64,000 bases of DNA from the human T2T-CHM13v2.0 reference genome, Homo sapiens. The position numbers and the translations under genes were made by a program. The notes under the pieces were generated by a model, which ran no database searches, was not told where the DNA came from, and saw only the letters and a program-made list of their open reading frames with translations. This document shows, piece after piece, positions 53,631 to 64,000 of the stretch; positions within the stretch are counted from its first letter, which is position 1; each line of letters begins with the position of its first letter. Where the stretch lies: the NCBI RefSeq assembly GCF_009914755.1, contig NC_060932.1. One strand, written 5' to 3'.

Positions 53631-54984
53631 TCCTAGTCCTTCTGCAGCTATAACCACATCATTTCTGATATCAGGATATTCTTAGTGAAATGATGTCTGC
53701 AAGGAGAACCTTCAGAACTAGAAAACTAGGAGAGTTCTAGAATCTGCTTAGGATGGACACATTTATATTGAAAAGTATTATAGGGCACCAAGTATTAAAA
53801 CATAGTCTGTGATGGCACCCTTCAGACGGAAATTTCTATCCAGGTATAGGACTGAGGTGCTGGGAGGTGACAGGTTCCTGTGTGGGGATGGATGGGCTGG
53901 AGGTGTGAGTCTTCCAGCAGCTGCACAGATGTGTTGACTTTTATGTACATGTTAATTTAGAACGTGACACTTACCTCTGAATCCTTTCAATATATGTCAG
54001 AGAGGAAAGTTTTACATCTATCAGTTCTAACATGATTTCACATTAATTTTCCTTTTCTTTAATTAGTGATCGTTATTTAATGTAACCACCTGACAAACTA
54101 TTAGCTGTGGTGAGTGTCTGGATTTCTTTGTTTATTTTTCTTTTTATTATGTCCACCGTATACTCAAATTTGATTTATGAAAAAAAATTCTCTTGATTGA
54201 CTGTCGAATTTTATCTGCATTAAAAATGAAAGTCAAAGAGATTTCTAACCGTCCTCCATTAGAGAGGAATACTAATGAGCCTTTATTTTCTAACTGAAGT
54301 ATCTGACACTCACATTTAACCAAATTTAGTTTGATTTATATCATATTTTATAAGGCAAAGCACACCGACACTATTTTATAGCTACAATATGAAAGTTATA
54401 AAGAAAAGGACACTATCAAAGAATCAAGAAAGATGACCAATATTTTACTGTTTTTAACTCTCACAAGAAAATATTGACTGAATTCAGTACAAAGACAGCT
54501 ATGTAGAAAAAATAATAAAGGCTTTCTATAGCAGAATCTGTTACCCTGTTAAAAACAATGGTGGAATCAGACTGAAACTAGTGCCATTATCTATCATTTT
54601 TTTCAGGCAAATGTTTGTATATATATATAAACACATTTGATAATGTGACATAATCATATATATCAAAGAGAAAAATTCGGCCTTCAGGAGGAAAGGACGT
54701 TATTCTATAGCCATCGCATTAATGAGAAACACCAGGTCTGGAGGCTGTATCTGAGGGAATAGAGGCAGGTTTTGACTGTGAGGGAATTAAGAGTGTTTTA
54801 CTCTGAAATTTGGCTGATTCTTGGAGTCAGATCATTTGATGGGACAGAAGCATATTCAGATTTGCTAGCTGAAGTTTATTGAAAAGTATGCTAATGTTTG
54901 CTTAAAGTTCAAGAGGCCTAGTGACCTCCTCAAGATCCAAAACCCAAAGCTGAATCTCAGTTAAAGTCTGGTCATATATTATTC

Positions 54985-55025
54985 ATATATATACATATAT
55001 ATATACACACACACATATATTATAT
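54985..55025. repeat. (TA)n/(CA)n microsatellite
   Basis: Direct reading. Confidence 0.8.
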
Positions 55026-55224
55026 CATATGTATTCTCTTTTGATTTACATTTTTAGATTTAATACTTGATTTCTTAAGGAGACAATGTATCTAGAAAAG
55101 TTCTATCTACATTTTAAAGAAGAAAGTGGGCAATTCTGTAAGGCATTCTGAGTCTGTCATTTACCCTGGTTACACTTCTAAAGTGAATGTTCTGTGAAAT
55201 ATGAATATGGCAAGTTGGAATTAA

Positions 55225-55985
55225 TGGTAACAACAAGTAGGTCTGCCCACTTGGCACAGTAAAACCAAATACTGATATTAGGGTTGCAGCTAAAGAAAGT
55301 GGGGCATTTATTGCAGGGCACCAAGCAAAGAGAATTGGGCAGTTCGTGCGTAAGACCCAAACTCCCAAATGGCTTACAGGTAGAGTTTTTAAAGGCAGGG
55401 GTGACATGCAAAATCATAAATCAATATACCCAGGCTACACATGGGTTTTACCTAAAAAGGCAGGACATCAAGAAGCAAGGGCTACAGGTCATAGGTGAAG
55501 TCAAAGATTTTCTGATTTGTGATTGGTTAAGGAGCCAAAGATTTGTCTAAAAATCTGGGGTCAGCAGAAAGGAATATTGAGCTCTGGCTTGTGGGTGTGA
55601 CCACCTCCAGGTCCCTGAGGAAGAAATTTAGAACAAAGAATGACAATCAGAATTCAGTCCTCAGTTCCCCCTCATTTGGAGTCTACATGACAGCAGACAG
55701 CATTTTCCATTTGGTAGGGGTTTGGATTTCTGAAAAACAACTCAGGGACATAAGATGTTATCTTTAGTTTCTATAGGGGAACAAAGCATCTCCTCATTCT
55801 CACTTCCTTGGCTTTTGTTTTAAGCTATTATTACTTCTTACTTATCAAGTTGCTCATTTGCTTCTCAAAGCTAGCGAAGTTCCTAGAATTCCCCTTGAAG
55901 AAATCAAAATTTCCTTTTATCTTCATGCTTGGGGTAGGGATGCGGTGCCCAGTCGACCCCTAAGAGGGGTCCCTGTTCCATCTCA
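55225..55985 (-). mobile_element. MER66-like ERV1 solo LTR
   Basis: Reverse complement starts TGAGATGGAACAGGGACCCCTCTTAGGGG; AATAAA on the minus strand near 55310. Confidence 0.7.
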
Positions 55986-56159
55986 GAATCAGTTGATTCA
56001 GGGTCATTTCAATAAAAATATGTTAATAATTATCTCAATAGGCAGAATTGAGATGGGTTCAATGCCAAAACAATTACTGACCAGTAGCTCTATAGCTGTA
56101 TGGAGAGAGCTTCCTAGTAATAGAACACAGGCACCATCCTTGGCCATAACCTAACTAAT

Positions 56160-56806
56160 ATTTTTATTCATAATCTAGGTGAAGACTTATTAACTCACCT
56201 TGAACACTGAATTAGGTCATTCTGAACCATTGCTCCTAGGAGAAATAATGGGTTAGGTCCCTGCAAGCTTTTGGTCACATTTTTGTCAATTAAGCGACAC
56301 ATAACTATGTTTTATGTGTGTTTCTGTTTAAAGAAATCTTATTTAATATATATTGTTGATTCATCAACATGGAACTCACAGACCACACCACTATCACTCA
56401 TACCTGAAGGAAGCTTATTTAACAGGCGTAATTTCTCCAAAAGTCACTTCACAGCACTCTTGTGCTTAGGAACACTAGAAAGCATTTCAGCACTATACTT
56501 GAGGGCCATTTTAAACAGTGACATCGCCAACTAAAAATACAAAAATGAGAACAATGTGGTACTAAATCAACCTTGAAAAGGACACTTATTTAGAGCATGA
56601 GACCTGAAACAAGAAGGCAAAGCAGTTGCCTTGTTTGGCTTCAGCTGGGAATGTGTGCATCAAGCAACTCAAATTCTTTTCCCCTCTCTGCGTGCCCACC
56701 GATGATCAGGAAAGTGACAGTGAGTACTGATTTCAGGGTTATAAATAAACTTTGGCCTGTAGGTGAATTCACAAATACAAAGTCTGCAAATAATTAAGAT
56801 CAACTG
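56160..56806 (-). mobile_element. MER82 (TcMar-Tigger) DNA transposon
   Basis: Reverse complement CAGTTGATCTTAATTATTTGCAG...TTTAAAATGGCCCTCAAGTATAGTGCTGAAATGCT...CTAGGAGCAATGGTTCAG matches the recalled MER82 consensus. Confidence 0.85.
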
Positions 56807-57479
56807 CATGTAAAATTGGCCTACTTTACTCTCTTTGGCTCTATGTTAGGAAGGATGTAAACAAATTCAAGTACAATCAGAGAAGAATGAAAATGAAAAA
56901 TGATGAAAGTCCTGTAGAGCATGCCTAATGCAGAAAACTTAAGGAACTGAGAATATTTAATCTGGAGAAACAATTTGATAGAGAAAAAAGTAAGTGGGGG
57001 CATGGATTTATCTTCAAATGTTTGAAATAACATTGAGTTGCCCTCTATGCTTGCATTCACCTAAGGTCTCCTGACAACCACACTATCTCATCTGTGACTG
57101 AGTCTCTCACATCAGGCTGACAATCTTCCCACCACCCCCAGCCCCCTTCACTCCAAGGATGAGCGAGGCCTGGATCCAACAGTCTGTTAAAACACATCCC
57201 CTCTTCCGTAACAATTCATTATAAAATTCATAACATTTCCTAAATGGAAAATTACCTAACTGCTTCCTGATATTTTATTGCAGTAATCACTTGCATTACA
57301 CTGAATAAACTCCTCTGAATATACATTAAAAGCTATATTATAAAACTATGATGATAAAACTATCATTTAAATTTTTGGTTTTCTGATTATGAAAGAAAAA
57401 CATATCCATTACAAGCAAACTGGGAAAAAGAGCTGAAAAATTACCCTACCACATAGAAGTAAAATTTTTTAAATTGGTT

Positions 57480-57710
57480 TTATCTTTTTAAATTTGGCAA
57501 AATACCATAACATGAAATTTATCATCTTAACTACTTTGAACTGTGTTACAACATTTTTACACTGGTATTAAACATATTCACTTTGTTGTGCAAATAGCAC
57601 AGCTATCCATTTCCATAACTGTTTTCATCTTGCAAAACTAATTTCTGTATCCTCTAAACAATAACTCTCCTTCCCCTGTTCCCCCAAATGTCTGACAACC
57701 ACCACTCTAA
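57480..57710 (-). mobile_element. L1MA/MB 3' end fragment
   Basis: AAATTTATCATCTTAAC...CATATTCACTTTGTTGTGCAA...ACAATAACTCTCC...GACAACCACCACTCT. Confidence 0.7.
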
Positions 57711-58661
57711 GAACTAGCAAATTTTAATGTGCAGCTTCCTTCGAGTGGATTCTAAGAATACCTATAAATGATTTTTTATTTTTCATTGTTTTTTTTTTTG
57801 TAAACACATTTGGATTTATCAGAATGGAATACTGAAAGAAAGTTTAGAGGAGGCTTCAGGAAACCCCATCACTGGGAGAAAAACTGCATAACATTTGAAA
57901 AGCCTTAGCTTCTTAATATTTAACATTCAGAAGGTAGATTAGGTTAGTCTTAAAACTGTTCTGACCACATGCTTCTTGAATTCCAAAAAATTAAGTGCCC
58001 TGTAATCTGCATATTTATTCATAAATTATATATGCATGTATACTACCAAAATACTATATACTATAAAAAATAAAAATATAACATTGTATACATTGTTATA
58101 AGAAAGATTTCATTGACTGTGCTTTATTATCTTAAAATCCTGCTGTAAACTTTGCGATATTATTTTTTAAAGGTTTGGTACTAGGTTTAACGTGTTTTAG
58201 TATTTGACACTGATGGTTCTTAGAGTTGGCAAATGATTCTTCATCTTGAAAAAAGGTCTAGATAGATGGAATACACTGTGACTGTGAATACTACATCACG
58301 ATGCTCATGGTTCAATTACATCTATCAATTATAAAAAAATTATTATTGACATTTACCTTGCAAATTTTCATCTTACCTAATGTCAATTGTTGTTTATGAA
58401 AACTAATAGGAAAACGTTATATGTTCAACAAATGTGTTCAGACCATCTGAAACTTTTAATTTAGAGGAGAGTTTAGATAGATTAAAATTTCTCACAAGTT
58501 TTATAATTGTGGAAATATACAGAATTTTGTGAAAAACATTGTTTATAGTAAGAAAAATCTCATATATATAGAAACATTTCTAAACCCCTACAATTAAAAT
58601 GTTTATGTCATTATTTTCTCCTGAAAAGCAGCAATTTTCTCGGTGTTAAAATACAAACAGG

Positions 58662-60287
58662 AAACATTCCATGCTCATGGATAGGAAGAATCAATATTGT
58701 GAAAATGACCATACTGCCCAAAGCAAGTTATAGATTCAATGCTATCCCCATCAAGATACCTTTGACTTTCTTCACAGAATTGGAAAAAAAAAAAAACACT
58801 CAAATTTCATATGGAGCCAAAAAAGAGCCTGCATTGCCAAGACAATCCTAAGCAAAAAGAACAAAGCTGGAGACATCATGCTACCTAACATCAAACTATA
58901 CTACAAGGCTACAGTAACAAAAACACCATGGTACTGGTACCAAAACAGACATATAGACCAATGGAACAGAACAGAGGCCTCAGAAATGATGCCACACATC
59001 TACAACCATCTGATCTTTAACAAACCTGACAAAAACAAGCACTGGAGAAAGGATTTCCTATTTAATAAATGGTGTTGGGAAAACTGGCTAGCTACGTGCA
59101 GAAAGCTGAAACTGGATCCCTTTCTTACACCTTATACAAAAACTAACTCAAGATGGATTAAAGACTTAAATGTAAAATCTAAAATCATAAAAACCCTAGA
59201 AGAAAACCTAGACAATACCATTCAAGGCATAGGCATGGGCAAAGACTTCATAACTAAAACACCAAAAGCAATGGCAACAAAAGCCAAAATTGACAAATGG
59301 GATCTAATTAAACTAAAGAGCTTCTGCACAGCAAAAGAAACTATCATCAGAGTGAACAGGCAACTTACAGAATGGGAGACATTTTTTGCAATCTATCCAT
59401 CTGACAAAGGGCTAATATCCAGAATCTACAAATAACTTAAACAAATTTATGAGAAAAAATCAAACTGTCCCATCAAAAAGTGGGCAAAGGATATGAACAA
59501 ACTCTTTTTAAAAGAAGACATTTATGCAGCCAACAAACATATGAAAAACAGCTCATCATCACTGGTCATCAGAGAAATGCAAATCAAAACCATAATGAGA
59601 TACCATCTTGCACCAGTTAGAATGGCGATCATTAAAAAGTCAGGAAACAACAGATGCTGGAGAGGATGTGGAGAAATTGGGAACACTTTTACACTGTTGG
59701 TGGGAGTGTAAATTAGTTCAGCCATTGTGGAAGACAGTGTGGCAATTCCTCAAGGATCTAGAACTAGAAATACCATTTGACCAAGCAATCCCATTACTGG
59801 GTATATACCCAACGGATTATCAATCATTCTACTCTAAAGACACATGCACACGTATGCTTACTGTGGCACTGTTCACAATAGAAAAGACTTGGAACCAACC
59901 CAAATGCCCATCAAAGATAGACTGGATAAAGAAAATGTGGCACATATACACCATGGAATACTATGCAGCCTTAAAAAAGGATGAGTTAATGTCCTTCGCA
60001 GGGACATGGATGAAGCTGGAAGCCATCATTCTCAGCAAACTATCACAAGAACAGAAAACCACACACTGTATGTTCTCACTCAGAAGTGGGAGTTGAACAA
60101 TGAGAACACATGGACACAGGGAGGGCCTGTTGTTGGGTGGAGGGCTAGCAGAGGGATAGCATTAGGAGAAATACCTAATGTAGATGATGGGTTGATAAGT
60201 GCAGCAAACCACCATGGCATGTGTATACCTATGTAACAAACCTGCACGTTATGCACATGTACCCCAGGACTTATAATAATAAAAAAA
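58662..60287 (+). mobile_element. 5'-truncated L1PA (L1PA7/8-like): ORF2 C-terminal part plus 3' UTR
   Basis: ORF 58878-59435 is clear L1 ORF2 ([26 protein letters not shown]...[19 protein letters not shown]), broken by a stop at 59435 and frameshifts; L1PA 3' UTR and short A tail. Confidence 0.95.
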
Positions 60288-60799
60288 TTATATATGAGAA
60301 AATCTGGTTGTGTTGTGCATAAAAGTAAGAGCACAAATTTTATGAGAAAAGAAACTATGAGCACCACCTTCAAAGTGAAAGTAGGAAGCATTGTACTGAA
60401 GAAGCTATCTTCAGCCCAAGAAACCCACAGAGGCAGAGTACTAGGAAAGAGAGAAGCTGAGCAGAGCATGTCCCGCTGGAGTGAGGGGAGAAAGGGAGGG
60501 ACTAGGGGCTCAGGGAAACCTCCTAGCCGATTCCTTCTAAATCTTAGAATTTATATATATTGATAAAACCAAAGCCTCTGTATTTGAATGCAAACAGCTG
60601 AAGAATAAATTAACACATTTTGATATCTAACTAAAGAAATATTCCATAATTTTAAAGAGATAAATGGATATGTTAAAGAAATGTTAATAAATATTGAAAA
60701 TAAACGTAAAAGTCCAAAATTCACAATCGGATTTTCAGAGTGAAGAACCAAGAGAATGGAGAACATAGTATTTTTTAATATAGAATTTATTAAAATTAA

Positions 60800-61210
<411 letters not shown>

Positions 61211-61259
61211 TATAACGAGGTGTTTTGTTTTTATGTTATTTGATGATACATTTATGTAA

Positions 61260-62250
61260 TTTAATTTTCATTATGGGTTTATTGAGATATAATTTATATA
61301 CTATACAATTTAACCATTTACTTGTAAAATTCAGTTTTTAAAAAAATATATTCACAGAGTTGTGCAACCATCACTGTAATCCATTTAAGAAAATTTTCAT
61401 CACCCCAAAAAGTAACCCTACCTATTAGCAATCACTCCCTGTGTGTTCCCAACCTCTTTAGCTCTGGACAACCACAAATCTACTTTCTCTTTCTATTGAT
61501 TTGCCTATTCTAGACATTTCAGATGAATAGAATTATGCAACATGTCCTTTCTGACTGCATATAGAAGGATGCACATAGAATGATGTTTCAAGTTCATCCG
61601 TGTTACAGCATGTATCAGTACTTCAGTTATTTTTATGGTTGAATAATATTTTACTTTATGGCTCTACCAATTTGATGCATCCATTCATCTGCTGATGTAC
61701 ATGTGGGTTGTTTCTACTTTTTGCCTATTATGAATAATGCTTCTATGAACATTTGTATACAAGTTTTTTTGTAGGGACATGTTTTCATTCTGCTTGGACA
61801 CTTTTCATTCTCTAAAAGTGAAACTCCTGGATTATTTGGTAATACTATGTTTAACCATTTGAAAAACTCATATGGTTTTCCAAATTGGCTGCATTCCTAC
61901 CAATCATTTAACTGGGTTCCTGTTTCTCCACATTCTCAGCAACATTTATTATTATCTGACTTTTTTGATCATAGTGATTCTAGTGGGTGTGAAGTGGTAT
62001 TTCATCGTGGTTTTGATTTGAGTTGTTCTAATAACTAATAATGTTGAGCACCTTTTAACATACATATTGGCTACTTGTATATCTTTAGAGAAAAATCTAT
62101 TCAGATTGCTTTTTTAATTAACCAACTAACTTTATTCTCACTATACCAGAGATGGTAAATTCCAAGATAAATTCAATAGCAGATTCTGTGCCTTGCTAAG
62201 TCTGGCTTGCATTTTTAATTGAGTTGTTTGTATTACTGAGTTGTAGAAAC
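61260..62250 (-). mobile_element. L1MB-like 3' fragment
   Basis: TTTATTGAGATATAATTT...TTCACAGAGTTGTGCAACCATCAC...TTGCCTATTCTAGACATTTC...GTGTGAAGTGGTATTTCAT. Confidence 0.85.
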
Positions 62251-62379
62251 CATAATAAGATTTCACAGTTTAAAAGTGACTACATGTACAGGAAATAGAA
62301 GAAATAGTGAATACAAAAAAAATGAAAACTACTCTCTTCAAAGTTAGAAGCAAAATTAAAATGAAAGAAAGCAAAGAAA

Positions 62380-62698
62380 TGTAACCTTGGAATTGTAGCT
62401 CCATGTGATAATGTTGACCTTTACCTGAGCCCTGTGCTCTTGAAAAACAGCAAAGGTTAAGAAATTACACAGAATTGTGTGTTCCAGGAAATGGTTAATC
62501 ACAAAAGACCATATTGCCCATGTATATTTCCAGGTAAGACTTTTCTTCATCCTTCCTCACAACTAACTCTTTTGCCTACCTGCCTTTGTAAGAGTTGAGG
62601 CCCCCTTTCCTTTCTTTGAGATTGTCTGCAGTTCCTTTCTTTGAGCTTGTCTTGCAAAAGCCTAATTTTGTCAAGCTTGAGTAGTTATTGATTTAACA
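62380..62698 (+). mobile_element. Old ERV1-type LTR remnant (family uncertain)
   Basis: TG...AACA-bounded segment; CTGAGCCCTGTGCTC...GGTTAAGAAAT...GTGTTCCAGGAAATGG resembles old MER LTRs. Confidence 0.4.
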
Positions 62699-63966
62699 AT
62701 GAACAACAACCTACAACTAATAAAGATAATAACATTGGGTGAAAAATTGTTTAGAGCAGATGGAAATAAATTTGTGGATTCTGTTCAACTTGGGCAGGGG
62801 AGGTACAAACTACTAAGTCTAGATAGTAATAGAAAAATTTGAATTATAATATGAATGTGAAAATTAAAAGAGTCACTGGAAAAATATAAGCATAATGTAT
62901 AACTTTCAGATTAGTAAGATTAAAATGATTAAAGCATACATTAGACCAATTAAAAGACAAAAAAAGTGAAGATATTTAGAAAAAGACCAGTAGATTAAAT
63001 ACATAAAATTCCAGAAATAAAGTTTTAATAAACCTAAACATATAACCAAAATAGCTGTTAAATTCTAAATATATCCCTAAAATATTTAGCTAAAACTTAA
63101 ACAAGATTGAAAGTAAAAGTATTGAAAATGTATATCAACCAAATGCTGTGGGGTTCTATCTGTCCCTCTAAATAAATGAAAATATTACTCTGTAAGAATA
63201 CACCAAAATCCCTAGGGATTATCTCTCTCTCAGTAGAGGTCAAATGAGCCTCTAAGTTCATCATTAATTTCATCATTAGTTTCATCTGCATCATTTTGAA
63301 GAAAATATGTTGATTTATTACTTGTATAATTAGACAGCAAATTAAATTAAAAAGAAACAAAAGCAAAGAAAAGAAAGAAATATAAATTGCAAAGTCATAG
63401 CAATTAATAAACTTTAGGATTTTTATGGAATTTTTCTTCCTGGAAGTCTCAGTATTTTTACACATCTTTTTTTTTACATGTATATTAAAGACAAATTTTG
63501 AAGTATAATTATTTATAGAAGAAAAAACTAGTCTTGAAATCTGAAAGCACTAAACAAAAAATGTCAAGTAGATTGCAAATTTCTCTTCTTTACAGTCTTA
63601 TTAGTAAAATTATTTAAACCCCAAAATAGAAAGGTGTTTTTTTAAAAACTAAATATAAAGAGTGAAACTCTGTTTTCATAAATATTTGCTTTTTAAGTAA
63701 CCAGAACATATGTATTTTTAATTAAGCCTGGAAAATGTAAAAATACTCTTTTAGAGTAACACGGGGATGTTTGCTGAGGCTACAGCAAATAACAATTTAG
63801 TATATTTTGAGAATTTAATATCTCAAAAAATTTAGGGCTTAATAAATTCAAATATTTTGAACAACTGTTTTGGAAAAATGTTAAACCAATTCCCCTTTCA
63901 TTTGTCCATTTTATTAAACATTTCACAATTAATGATACCTAATGTAGAACCTTCTTAGATAGAAAC

Positions 63967-63993
63967 CTAACCATACCTTTTTTATTTTTGCAG
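63967..63993 (+). other. Candidate 3' splice site (branch point, polypyrimidine tract, CAG)
   Basis: CTAAC (63967-63971), CCTTTTTTATTTTTG, then CAG|G at 63991-63994. Confidence 0.4.
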
Positions 63994-64000
63994 GAAAATG

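Noticed and set aside
52578-53657. His/Thr-rich and Val/Cys-rich ORFs
   Set aside because: Translations of the CA/TG low-complexity tract.
58878-60096. L1 ORF2 ORFs as an active reverse-transcriptase system
   Set aside because: 5'-truncated L1PA with a stop and frameshifts; no EN/RT core or promoter.

Overview
AT-rich primate (catarrhine, human-like) non-coding genomic DNA, judged from AluY/AluS/AluJ SINEs, L1PA/L1M LINEs, MIR/L2 and many ERV/MaLR LTRs. I find no intact protein-coding gene, RNA gene or CRISPR array. The only gene-derived sequence is a full-length (~2.2 kb) processed pseudogene of PSAT1 (phosphoserine aminotransferase) on the minus strand (23926-26138). It keeps both UTRs, the poly(A) signal and a target-site duplication, and carries two nonsense codons and two frameshifts. 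Almost all ORFs in the supplied track are repeat-derived or chance. The sequence does not support a new biological system. The most notable structures are a four-level nested LTR stack (1.6-3.5 kb), an MLT2-LTR/MST-internal chimera with an internal inversion (50.3-51.9 kb), a deleted MER31-like provirus, several template-switch-like scars, a few enhancer-like unique segments, and a strong splice-acceptor motif at the window end. Repeat subfamily names come from my recollection of consensus sequences and need RepeatMasker/Dfam confirmation; boundaries of old elements are approximate.
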